The translations under genes and the position numbers were made by a program. Of a stretch of 64,000 bases of DNA, positions 49,379-61,155 are shown piece after piece. Each line of letters opens with the position of its first letter. Within the stretch, counting starts at the first letter, position 1. Under the pieces are notes generated by a model that made no database searches, had not been told where the DNA came from, and saw only the letters and a program-made list of their open reading frames with translations. This stretch comes from Squalus acanthias (taxonomy: Eukaryota), in the NCBI GenBank assembly GCA_030390025.1, contig CM059432.1, positions 25,670,001 through 25,734,000 on the forward strand. Reading direction: 5' to 3'.

Positions 49379-50481
49379 AGGAATAAATTATTACAAAATG
49401 GCTTCCATATATTTTCCATAATCCAAAATGGCTGTGAGTGTGTGGCATGCACCACTCAAAAGTAATACTTAAATGTTGGGACACATTTAATAGATTGTTT
49501 TCTTTACATTTAGTGAAATGTTTAACCATTCCAATTGTTTCCAGCCATTTCTTGACATACAAGCAAACAAATCATTCCAATTCAGTTGAAATAATCTAAC
49601 TAAAATTTGGAAGAGGTAAGAGGCAGACTGCAGCTAGCAGAAAAAAATATATTAGCTGTGTGCCAAGTACTGATCTTAGGTTAAACATAATCACAAATTC
49701 ATAGAAATTTACAGCACAGAAGGACGCCATTCAGCCCATTGTGGCTGGGCTGGCTGAAAAAGAGCTAACCAGCACTTTCCAGCTCTTGGTCCGTAGCCCT
49801 GTAGGTAACAGCATCTCAAGTTCCTATCCAAATACTTTTTAAATATGCAAATTGGCTGCCGCGTTTCCTACATTACAACAGTGACTCCACTTCAAAAAAG
49901 AAGTACTTAATAAAGCGCTTTGGGACATTCGGTGGTCATGAAAGGCGTTATATAAATGCAAGTCATTCTTTCTTTCAAATGAGTTAAGGGTTTCTGTCTC
50001 TGCCACCCTTTCAGGCAGTGAGTTCAAATCCCCTACCACCCTCTGGGTGAAAAAAGTTCTCCTCAACTCCCATCTAATCCTTCTACCAATTACTGTAAAT
50101 CCATGCCCTCTGGACCTCTCTGCTAAGGGAAATAGGGGGAGAAATTCATTATCACCCAGGAATGGGCGCTAATTTTGGAAAAGTTTGAGAGTTAGCGCCA
50201 GGCGCTAATGAATTTCGCTGCACGCAAAATTGAGTGTCATTGCTCAAAGAAAGGATGGGAGCGCTAAATCAAGCACTAACGACCTAGCTCAGTGGCATTA
50301 CACTCAAAGCGCTAACCACTATCAGGTGCAGTCTAATCGCAAGTCATCATTGCCACAAGCGCTTTCCACTTCTTAAAGGGGAGGTTCATTCATGCTGCAG
50401 AACCTCATTCTCAGCATTGCTGTGTCAGCAAGCAGGAGCAGGCCAAATCCAAGGAGGAGAACGACTGAACCAGCTGTACTC

Positions 50482-52362
50482 ATAGCAGATCCACGCCCCA
50501 GGGAGAGAGCCCGCAGATTTTTGGACCAAGCATTGGAGGAGTTGGTGTCCGCTCTGGAGCGATGGAGGGCAGTGCTCTACCAAACAAGTAGCAGGAGGCC
50601 CTCGCCGCAAATCTTCCATGCCATGTGGAGGGAGGTTGCCCATCAGGTCTCGGGCAGCACTGTGGTCCCCAGGACCCACACACAGTGCAGGAAGAAATTT
50701 AACGACCTCATTCGGGTGGTCAGGGTGAGTGAATGCTTCAACAAATGCTACATACCACCGTCTGAACCACAGTCTGCACACACTGCCCAAAGCACCACTC
50801 CCCCAGCACTCACCCAACAACAATCTCTACCCACCAACACTCACACCCACATCTCACACCTTGCAGACAATGTCAGCTATTCAACTATGCCAGGCACATC
50901 ACCCAAACACGTTGCTCCACACTCACTCACACACTTTCCTTTCTCTTGCAGGCCAAGGTGGCTCACAACAGGAGGGAGCAGGAGTGCACGGGCGGGGGAC
51001 AAGCCAGCACCCAAACACTGTCTGCGCTGGAGAATAAAGTGCTGGAGATTATTGGGTGCCAGGTGGTGGGTGCCGTGGCCATCAGCGACGTTGACCCACT
51101 TGGGGACAACAATGGTATGTTCATCCCTACTCCTTCTTCTCACATCCCACTTCCCCCTCAACCCACAAGCCTTTCGCAGTTTCCAGCTAATCATGCTGTA
51201 TGCATGCATTTCTCCCTTCCTGCTCCCTTCCCCTCACCTTAACCCATTTCTTGTGCCTTTGTGCTTTCAGATAATGAGCAGCCTGTCCCTGAGGGCACCG
51301 TGGTGAGCGATGCGGGAGAAGAGGGGGAGGGTGAACACACCGCGTCACTGCATGTCTTACCTGCAGGCACCAGCTCAGATACTGGCACTATGCGTTCTTT
51401 AGATGCTAGTATAGTAGTGAGATCTGCACAGGGTGATGTACCGGGAACGAGTGGGCTGCAGCAAGGCCAGAGAGAAAGGGTAGCTCAGGGACTAGCTCCC
51501 TGGAGGGCGAGTTCACGCACGAGTTCTGCTGCACAGGACTCAGATGAGGTCCTCAATTGGGATGCATTTAGAAGAAGAGTGATGGGCATGCACACGGAGA
51601 TGATAGGTGCAATGGTAAGGATGCCCGAGAGCCTCTCGGCAATGGTAAGGAGCGTGGAGGAGTCCGCCTCCAACATTGCACAAGGCTCTGCGCCCAACAT
51701 GGAGCCCATCATTTCCAGTCTGGAAAGGATGGTAGACTCCCAGAGAGATCATGGCAAACCAGACCTGATGGGCGATCTGGCAGCTTCCATTGCAGCACAA
51801 GTGGAAGCGATGCAACGTCTTAGTGCTGTAATGCAGTTGATGCTTGGTATCATTCAATCTTAGATTGCTCTCATGCAGTCTCAGCTTGATGCCACACAAG
51901 CTCTGACTGCTGCCATCGTGGTTGGGTCTACCACCGTTGACCGGGGTTTTCACAGTATCGCAGCAGCCCAGCAATCTGTGATCCAACAGATTAGTAGTGA
52001 CGTTGAGGTGCTGCCCTGGGGGAGTGGCAGTGGATCAATGGAGCAGGAACCTGCTGTCCTCTCTCAGGATGACAGAATTGCTGCTCCCACCACTGCCACT
52101 CCGCCACTGCTCTTGTCGCTGCCTGTCATCCAGCCAGCCCAGACTGCTGCCACCCATGCTGAGGTGGTGCAGTCTACAGCCAGGCCTTCCAGGCCCAGAG
52201 CTGCTCGAGGGCGTCCTCCAAGGCCATCTGAAGTCTCCCGCACGAACTCAGCAGCCTTCCACCAGCCGTGCTGCAACCACTGGGCAAACACTCCAAGGGA
52301 GTACTAGAGTAGGCAAAGGCACAGTAACGAGAGGCACTAAGGGATTGCACAAGGGTGAATAG
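50482..52362 (+). pseudogene. Harbinger Myb/SANT protein gene, 3 exons (about 50482-50724, 50952-51114, 51271-52362)
   Basis: RERARRFLDQALEELV..WREVA..RTHTQCRKKFNDL; introns gtgagt..ttgcag (50725-50951) and gtatgt..tttcag (51115-51270) join in frame (VVR|AKVAHN..NN D|NEQP); internal TAG at 51861 and a late frameshift. Confidence 0.88.
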
Positions 52363-52527
52363 TAAATATTGTTGTTGTAAAGATGTGTTCACTGATTATT
52401 GATAAGTTTATTAATTCACTTCGGATAATTTTGTGGTGTCTCTCATTTCAGCTGTGCACTGTGATAAGGCCTGCGACAGGGATGGCATGATGGGGATGTG
52501 GTGACCAACGCGGATCTGGGGTTTAAT

Positions 52528-53660
52528 TTATTGGAACCGCAGTCTGATGAGGTGGTCACGGACCGCCCTTCCGGAAGGCCGATTGAGTGGCTGCCTCCTC
52601 CCTCGCTCCTGTTCCTCCTCCTCCTCCTCTCCCTCTTCCTCCTCCTGAGGTGGTCCCGCAATCCCTGATGGCCAGATTGTGGAGCATGCAGCACACCACG
52701 ATGAAACGGGGCACCCGCTCCGGCGAGTATTGGAAGGCTCCTCCAGAGTGGTCAAGGCAGCGGAACCGTTGCTTGAGCACCTCGATGGTCAGCTCAATGA
52801 TGTTCCTGGGGGCAGCATAGCTGTAATTATATGAGTGCTGGGCAGGAGTGTTGGGGTTGCGCAGGGGAGTCAAGAGCCAGGTGGAGAGTGGATAGCCCTT
52901 GTCTCCGACCAGCCAGCCACGAGCTTGATGTGGTGGCTGGAAGAGTGCTGGAACACCGGTCTGGTGCAGGATGAAAGAACGTGGTTGCTGCCAGGATAGC
53001 GGGCATTCACATTGAGGATTCGCTGTCTGTGGTCGCACACCAACTTCACATTAAGTGAGTGGTAGCCTTTGCGGTTACACAAGATCTCAGAATTGTTATG
53101 CGGTGCCCGCAAAGCCACGTGGGTGCAGTCAATGATGCCCTGCACCATGGGGAATCCCGCTATCCTGGCAAAGCCACATGCACGCTCATCCTGCTTCTCT
53201 CTGGTGATGGGGAAGGAAATGTAGTCCCTTCTCCTACTGTAGAGAGCCTCTGTGACCTCCCGGATGCAGTGATGGATGGCGAACTGCAAGATGTTCGCTA
53301 TATCTCCTGTTGCAGACTGGAAAGATCTGCTGGCGAAGAAATTGAGGGCAACGGTGACCTTGACTGCCACTGAGAGAGCCGTGGTCATCCTGATCTGAGG
53401 CTCGAGGTCTGGTTGCAGAAGGTGGCAAAGTTTTGTGACCACCTCTTTGCCTTCTAACACACTGCTCCTGGCTTAATTGGAGGTAGGAGAATTGCTGTCA
53501 GAAGACCCTCAGAGGGTAAAGCCTCCTGTTGAGAGCCCTGATGGCCCTCCTCCTCCCTCTGGCCACATGTTCCAGTCTTTCTCGTTGCCTCCGCTCCCTC
53601 CGCCATAGATGCTAGAGGGCGAGGTCGACTGCCAGTACAGCCCACATTAATGTAATGCAC
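52528..53660 (-). pseudogene. Harbinger (HARBI1-like) DDE transposase, frameshifted
   Basis: [78 protein letters not shown], acidic tail. Confidence 0.93.
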
Positions 53661-55342
53661 TTTGATATGTTGTGAGAATAAATGGAACTAATTTTTAGTA
53701 GTCACAACACTCCGGAGACTAAACAACCTTTAAATGACTGATTTAAACTGTTGCACACTGTCAAACTGACAAGGAAGCAGTGAAACAGCACTAACCTGAG
53801 AGCTGCAACTCATTACTCATGATCCCTTTAAGTAGTACCCTTGGAGCCGGCTACCAACTGCATCACAGCTCCTCTCCCTGTTGCTGTTGGGGCGAGGTGC
53901 TAAGGCAGGGGGGGCGATACTCAATTTGGCAGATCAGGCACCCAGTGAGCGTTGCACGCTAACTGATGTCACGATCTGCCTGGCGCTGAAGTCACCAGCG
54001 CTAACTCATAGCGGCGGCGCTACGGGGGTGGGCCGAATTTGGCGTCTGGCACTGGATTCGCCTCACGCCCCGTTAGCGCCCCCGCCAGGCGCTAACTGGA
54101 GGCACTAAGGTACCGAATTTCTCCCCCATAGTTCCTTCCTATCCACTCTATCTAGGCCCCTCATAATTTTATACACCTCAATTAAGTCTCCCCTCAACCT
54201 CCTCTGTTCAAAGAAAACAACCCCAGCCTATCCTTTCTTTCCTCATAGCTAAATTTATCCAGTTCTGGCAACATCCTCGTAAATCTCCTCTGTACCTTCT
54301 CTAGTGCAATCACATCTTTCCTGTAGTGTGGTGACCAGAACTGTACGCAGTACTTTAGCTGTGGTCAAACTAGTGTTTTATACAGTTCGAACATAACCTC
54401 TCTGCTCTTAACAAGCCTATCAACTCTCCCCCATTCACTCCGAGTCTCATGCGTGTTTACGATCTCGCAGAAAGCCACCACTCCAGTCATCATATCCGCA
54501 GTTCTTTGCAATGGGAAAGCTTCATTCTGCATAGCACAGGGCTGAATCCTTCTCGAAACAAATAAGGCCCGAAATTCCATGTGGCCATTTTTGCCCCAAT
54601 GTTGCACTGCTGAGCTGAGACTTCCGGCCGCTGTTCCTCTCCAGCACTGACCCCATTGTAAATAATACAGTCAGCTCATTCACATATCCAGTAGCATTTA
54701 ATGAGCTCATCTCCCATTTAACATGGGATAACTGGGCTGAGGGACATTGCCCTAGAATGGCTGATGATACACAGCAGCAGGCTGGGGAGCAGCAAGTAAT
54801 TATTAAATGGCTTGAAAGACTGAGTGGACTGGCAGGTAGTTGTAATAGAAAGCTCATGTAAGATTTTGTGGCACTTTTGAATAATGTCTTCAGGTGGAAG
54901 AATAGACAGAGGCGCTCAAATAATGAAACTCGACATTTCAACGGAATATCACACCTACGTCACACCTGAGGTCAGTCTCCAAGGATGTGTGGCAACTGAC
55001 AGCTGTGACTGCATAGTCTGTAGCCCTCATTTGTATGAACACCACGGGAGATTTTTCTTCGTTGCAGGCTTCGACGGAGTGTGTGGCAGCTTCACGGAAA
55101 TCTGTGTCAGCCCCGTATCTCAGAAGCAGCCTGGGCCAGTCAGTATCTCTGCCTCCACAGAAGCACAGACTGCTGCCCTGGTGACAGTAGGGAGCAAATT
55201 AGACAGCACACTTTGTACTTGGCTTCACACACTGGGGGGCCAGGACGCAGGCATCTGTGTCTCAGGGCTTTCACTATCTGATAGCTGCCATTAGACCAGC
55301 TGATCAGTGGACACACAGAACCAGGGCCGAGTACAATTTCAT

Positions 55343-55715
55343 TACATAGAATCTACTGAACAGAAACAAGCCATTCGGTTGGTCTATTCAGGTCTTTATA
55401 TGGCACGCAAGCCTCCTCCTACTCTAATTACCTCGTCCCACCCTGCCCCATATTCTTCTATTCCCTTCTTCCCTTCTTTTAAGCATCAAGCCTCCTCTTA
55501 AATGTGTCAACACTATTTGCTTCAACCACTTCATGTGACAGCAAATTCTACATTCTCACCACTCTCTGTGTAAAGAACTTCCTCCTAAATTCCTTATGTG
55601 ATCTGTTAATGACTATCTTATATTTATGACCCCTTGGTCTGGACTCATCCGCAAGTGGAAACAATTTCTCCACATCCACCCTATCAAACCCAATCATAAT
55701 TTTAAAGACCTCCTT
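55343..55715 (-). mobile_element. Old CR1 3' fragment
   Basis: catagaat tail and cattctcaccactctctgtgtaaagaacttcctcct. Confidence 0.75.
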
Positions 55716-56896
55716 CAGACTTGGGAAAGGCAGGAGATGACTGCATAAAGCTACCGTTTCTCAGGATACCATCACATGCCAGGCATCCAGCTAACCTCCG
55801 AAGGGCACTATTCAAGTGGCACATATCAAAGTCAGAAATGGCGTCCTATGTAACTGTGACCATGGTAAACTCTTCCTCCTCATTCTTCTCGACCTGTGTG
55901 CACCCTTTGACATGGTTGACCACACCACCCTCCTCTAATGCCTTTGCTTCATTGTACTGCTGGGTGGGACTGCCCTCGTCTGGTTCCATTCCTATCCATC
56001 CAGTCGTAGCCTGCAATGACTCCCTCAATGATCTATCCTTGGCCCCTTCGTATTTTTCATTTTCATGCTGCCCTTTGATGACATCATCCGAAAACACGAC
56101 CTCAGATTCCACACATAGGCTGACGACACCTAGCTCTACCTCACCACCACGTCTCTTGACTTCTCCACTGCCTCTGATTTGTCACGCTGCTTGTCCGACA
56201 TCCAGCATTGGATAAGCAGAAATTTCCTTGGAAGACCGAAGCCATTGTCTTCGGCCCCCTCTACAAACTTCGTTCCCTAGCCACTGACTCCATCCCTCTC
56301 CCTGATCACTATCTGAGACTGCATTAGACTGTTCGCTACCTTGCCGTCCTCTTTGACCCGAAACTGACCTTCTGACCCAATATGTAATTTAATATAGATA
56401 AGATGTGTTTGTTACCTCTAGAATTGACTATTCCAATGTTCTCCTGGACAGCCTCCCAACTTGCACCCTCCGTAAACTTAAGCTCATCTAAAGCTCTGCT
56501 GCCCGTATCCCAACTCACACCAAGTCCTGTTCACCCATCACGCCTTTGCTCGCTGACCTACATTGGCTCATGCTCCAGCAATGTCTCAATATTAAAATTC
56601 TCATCCTTCTTTTCAAATTTCTCCATGGTCTCGCACCTCCTTATCTCTGCAACCTCCTCCAACCCTACAACCCTCCGAGACCTCTGCACTCCTCCAATTA
56701 CGGCTTCTTGCACATCCCGTATATTAATTGCTCCACCATTGGCAGTCATGCCTTCAGCTGCCTAAACCCTAAACTCTGGAATTCCCTCCCTAAACCTTTC
56801 CACTTCTCTACCTCTTTCCACCTTTAAGACGCTCCTTATAACCTATCTCTTTGGCCAAGCTTTGGATCACCTGTCCTAATATCTCCTTATGCGGCT

Positions 56897-58277
56897 TGTA
56901 GGGGGTGGTGGTTTGTGTCAGCTTCACCTCTGACTTCTGAGCGGTTCGAATTGCTCCCACTCCCTTGGTTCTAGACCTTGGACTTATTTGGGGGTTGTGA
57001 CAAAAAGTGCAGCAGACAACTAGTTTTGATGCAAGAACTTTGATCTTTATTCAAGAAAGTAAAACACAACACAAACACTCTTAACACTCTAAAAGTGGGG
57101 AACACTTCGGTACAAGCGAGGGAAATAACATTAGAAGAATACTTCACCCCTCCCAATCCCACTTCACTAGCTAAGTTGGACTCTGGAGAACCAGGGATAA
57201 TGCTCACCAAACGAATCCTTGACAGTTGAGCTGGTTCGCGGTTTTGGGGTTCGCTGGATTGGATTTATCGGGTGAGTACCCACTTTTCTTTGGTTAGAGG
57301 TAGGGTTTAGAGTCCTTTTTAAGTAAAAAGTTTCGTAAGGCCCTTGTTGCCGCGAGGTGTCCGATGGTCACTGAGGCGGTCACTCTGGTCTCTTCTTGCG
57401 TGTCGGCCTGCTTCTGGAGCTGCTGGCCTTCTTTGTTGAACTTCTTTCTGTTGCCCCCTCGCCTTGTTGAACTGTCTTCTTCAGAGCTGTGGAACTGCCT
57501 TCTTGCAGAACTGTGGAACTGCCTTCTTGCAGAACTGTGGAACTGCCTTCTGCCGGACTGCTTGCTGAATTCCTTGCTGCTGTGTAACTGTTGAACTGCT
57601 TGTCTCCTTGAACTTGTTTCTGTTGAACTCTGTAACTGTACTGGAGAACTCGAACTTGAACTGTTGAGAACGGGCCCTTAATTATACCCATTGAAGCTTC
57701 CTTATCTGCATGCCAAATCAAATCCTGGTCATTGTAAGATTTTGGAGGGCTCGTTAACAGTAACTGGTTTGTAAAGGTGTGAAGTGGTTCCGGGATGGCC
57801 CCCATCCTGTCGATTTGTTGTTTAATGTGTCTTGATTTTTCCCAGGTTTTGAGTTTCTTGACTGGGTCTGGGATTTCTAAAGAGCAAGCCGAAGTAATCT
57901 GTTTTATGCATGTCTTAATAGGCTCTGTAACTTGGGGTGGAGACTGTTTTTCCTCGGGTTTATTGTTCAGATGCTAATGTCTGATAGGGGCCGATTTAAA
58001 CTCCAGCGAGATCATGCGGTTCCCCAGACAGTTCCCATTAGCTCCAATACCCAAACTGGTTTTACAGAGGTTGAGCCCACCTTCCTTCACAGCCTTTTCT
58101 CCCTTACAAGCCCAGACATGTTTTAAAAATACTAAATCTTGGTTTTTGCTCAAAATGTCCTTCGGTTAGGCCCAATGCACTTCACCACCCGGTAATAGCT
58201 AGAAAAGAGTCCAAAGTCTTTTTCCTTAGGGTTTGTCTTCGAGTTTTGGGGGATCTGTGAATTTTGAGAATCTTACA
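56897..58277 (-). mobile_element. Solo LTR (1381 bp), ERV- or Gypsy-type
   Basis: TGTA...TACA termini, exact TSD GGCT (56893-56896 and 58278-58281), aataaa on the minus strand at about 57046, internal 24-bp tandem repeat. Confidence 0.85.
57487..57551. repeat. 24-bp tandem repeat (about 2.7 units) in the LTR
   Basis: Unit ctgtggaactgccttcttgcagaa. Confidence 0.9.
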
Positions 58278-58600
58278 GGCTTGGTGTACAATTTTGTTTA
58301 ATAATACTCCTGTGAAGCACCTTGGGACACTTTACTACGTTAAAGACGCTTTATAAATGTAAGTTATTGTTCTTGTTGTAGGAAGTTACATTAGCCTGCC
58401 CAAGCATAAACTCACAGCAATTTACTCACAACAAGGTTACACATACAACAATGACATAAATGACGCGTTAATCTGTTTTTGGAGAGATAAAGGTTAGCAG
58501 CACAACAGGAGAACCTGTCTGCTCTTCAAATAGCATCATAGAATGTTTTACATTTACCTTGATAGGTTGGTAGGGCCTTGATTTAATAGCCTTGACTTTG

Positions 58601-59140
58601 TATCAGCTGTGGCTCAGTGGTAGCACGCTTGCCTCTGAGTCAGATGGCTGTATGTTCAAGTCCCACTCCAGAGACTTGAGCACAAATTCTAGGCTGACAT
58701 TCCAGTGCAGTACTGAGGGAGTGCTGCACTGTCATAGGTGCCGTCTTTCGGATCAGAGGTAAAACCTCTGCCCTCTCAGATAGATGTGAATGGTCCCAGA
58801 GCACTATTTTGAAGAAGATTTTTATTTATTCCTCAACCAACACCTAAAACAGATTGAAATAACAACAGAAAATGCTGGAAACACTCAGCAGGTCAGGCAG
58901 CATCGAGGAGAGAGAAACAGAGTCAAAGTTTCGAGCCAGGGACCCTTCGTCTAAAACAGATTATCTGGTCATTATCACATTGTTGTTTTTGGGAGCTTCC
59001 TGTGTGCAAATTGGCTGCTGTGTTTCCTACATTACAACAGTGACTACACTTCAAATGTACTTCATTGGCTGTAAAGTGTTTTGGGATGCCCTAAGGTTGT
59101 GAAAGGCACTGTATAAATGCAAGTTATTTCTTTCTTCTTT
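58601..59140 (+). mobile_element. DeuSINE (SacSINE1-like) with tRNA head, containing a Penelope-like insert
   Basis: A box tggctcagtggt, B box gttcaagtccc, Deu-domain-like gcagtactgagggagtgctgcactgtc..aggtgccgtctttcggat, AmnSINE1-type tail. Confidence 0.82.
58856..58950 (-). mobile_element. Penelope-like terminal-repeat fragment
   Basis: Homologous to the left arm at 13723-13812; TSD ctaaaacagatt (58844-58855 and 58951-58962). Confidence 0.78.
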
Positions 59141-59285
59141 ATCTTATCCAAAAGGCATTACCTCTGACAGTTCCTCAGTATTGTACTGATGTGTCTGCCT
59201 AAATGAAAAAGTGCTATCATTAAGCCAAGCTGACTACAGAGAGGCTTCAGGCTGCTGCTGCAGAACAGCATCCAGAAAGCCCTGA

Positions 59286-59382
59286 TGACGAAGGGTCATC
59301 GATCTGAAACGTTAACTCTGTTTCTCTCTCCAACGATGCTGCCAGGCCCGCTGAGTATTTCCAGCATTTTCTGTTTTTATTT
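59286..59382 (+). mobile_element. Penelope-like terminal-repeat fragment with partial hammerhead core
   Basis: tgacgaagggtcatcgatctgaaacgttaactct...; TSD cagaaagccctga (59273-59285 and 59383-59395). Confidence 0.8.
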
Positions 59383-60559
59383 CAGAAAGCCCTGAGACCT
59401 GGTTAGAGTGAATTATTAAACCATCTTATGGCTCCTTTGATCTTTAAGGTGTTTCCAGATCCACCATAGATGCCCCAGTCTGTGCAGGGTCATGGTGCAA
59501 GAACCACCACCAGCTTTTCTGGGGCACCCTACAGGAAAGAGAGACATTAGGCTGGAAACGCCACCTCCAACCTCATTAACTATTGTTACACTGCGCCTGC
59601 ATCTATTGCAAGTGAAGGCAACTTAGAAAATTTCAAAACTCCTCGGGCAACGGTGGGATTGGAAATCTGGCAGAGACCTCATTCAATAGGTCTGTGCCCC
59701 ATTTTCTCTTTGTATGCCTGGGAACTATGTTCCCCTGGTGTAACAAAGTGGAAAATATACCTTATTAGCTGAAAATGTCATTCCTGCTCCTGTTCGGGAA
59801 ACAAAGTTGTAGCAACCTGATAAATTACTAATGGTTAGACTGTAAGGTTAGTTATAACCAAACACTTATTTGATTTATTTGAATACAACAAAGGAACGAT
59901 AACATTTTAATTTTGTACCAATTATTCTGGAACAGCTCCCAAAACATTAAGCTTCTCTTTACTCCAGGGGTGAGATATTGTTCACAATACAATGACCTAA
60001 GTTTGTTGTTATTAAACCTTGCAGTCATTGGCTTTTCTGGATTTCAACAGAAAATTTCCTAGCTCACTCTATACATAATTATCTGAGAATATAATTTCTC
60101 AAAGATTTACTGTTGTTATTGGCTGGATTTGAGAACTTTATCTTTCTTATTTCAGTGTGAGCCCTGCAGCTGATCAGTTGCCAAGACCGTCTTCTTCACC
60201 CCCAGAAAATTGCCCGCCTTCGACCACTATATCACCTCCAGTTGTTACTGACCCTATAATTCAGCCATTCATCAATTTGAGGATAAATGCTCTCAAATGC
60301 TATTCCCCATCTCTACCAACACAAACTTCAGAATCTAAAACTCATGGTAGGGTCCCTGCAAAGCAATATATTCCAGAAAAGGATACAAGTGATGTGAGAT
60401 CACAGAATACCATGTACAGTGCTCCCTCCCTTTATCAATTCTCCAAGCACAGACTGCTGATAATAGAATGTGCATATTTTTCCTCAACTGCCTGTGTCTT
60501 TAGACTTATCCTGAATCTTCCTTGAAGTATTCGCTCAAAGAAATGCACTTCTGCACATG

Positions 60560-60952
60560 CTACAAAAGGAGTTGGCAAAACTAGGCTCTAAGTTATGTAC
60601 CCATGGCAACTCATCTAACCTGTTGATGAAAACCATTATCAAAGGAAAAGCATTGCGTTTAAGTACAAGTTAGGAGCAACTAGGGATTAAAATGTGAGCA
60701 GATAGGTCGATCCTACTCCACAGGTTCACTGAAAAATCTTGCAGTTAGGGATAAAAGTATAAAGAGACTTTAGATCCACTGAGAAGGTAAAATCTGGAAG
60801 CAGCCAAACAGTTGAAGGGTATGATCACTGTCTTTGATGTAAGATGGAAGCAAGTCAATCTGCAATCTTATAAGGCTCACAAAGAAAGATATACGGTTAA
60901 CATTAGGGCAATGTGGAGCTGGGCCTGTCTTATGGATCTTTGACTTTCTTAC
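60560..60952 (-). pseudogene. Decayed Penelope-like reverse transcriptase fragment
   Basis: SKIHK, LPSYIKDS, KSLYTFIP, LVLKRNAF, Q.R.VAMGT and PSFAN occur in the order of the Penelope RT motifs PKIHK, YIKD, SLYT.IP, N.F.F and GVAMG. Confidence 0.72.
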
Positions 60953-61155
60953 CATAGAATGATAGAAGTTTGCAGCACAGAAGGAGGTCATTCAACCCAT
61001 TGTGTCTGTGCCAGCTCTTCGCTAAAGTAATTTAGAAGTAATCCCACTGGCCCGCACTCTCACCACAATCCTGTACCTTCAAATTTTGATCTAATTTTCC
61101 TTTAAAAGATGAAATGGTCTCTGCCTCAATCACTCCCTGTGACAAAAAAATCCAT

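Larger units (their letters stand above)
50135..54127. mobile_element. Near-complete PIF/Harbinger DNA transposon (3993 bp)
   Basis: Perfect 13-bp TIR gggggagaaattc / gaatttctccccc, TSD ATA, convergent Myb/SANT and transposase genes, repeated subterminal gcgcta/tagcgc motifs. Confidence 0.95.
49698..54410 (-). mobile_element. CR1 3' fragment interrupted by a SINE tail (49841-49975) and the Harbinger element
   Basis: CR1 sequence at 49698-50134 resumes at 54131 (tgctaagggaaata|gttccttcctatccactctatc). Confidence 0.8.
55830..58380 (+). mobile_element. L2 LINE 3' portion interrupted by a solo LTR
   Basis: cctttgacatggttgaccac, gctgacgacacc, LADLHWL..Q..IKILILLFKFLHGLAPPYL, HAFS..PKLWNSLP; tail ...taaatgtaagttattgttcttgttg at about 58380. 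Confidence 0.88.

Noticed and set aside
52528..53660. Domesticated HARBI1 or MSANTD host genes
   Set aside because: Enclosed by TIRs and a TSD, inserted in a CR1, and disrupted by frameshifts and stops.
54884..55294. 136-aa Cys-containing ORF
   Set aside because: No recognisable family or regular Cys spacing; only the internal acceptor at 55067 is noted.
57380..57805. ORFs with repeated peptides; possible CRISPR-like array
   Set aside because: A head-to-tail 24-bp tandem repeat with no unique spacers, inside a solo LTR in eukaryotic DNA.
58601..58680. tRNA gene
   Set aside because: The A and B boxes continue straight into a SINE body, so this is a tRNA-derived SINE head. The same applies at 20582.
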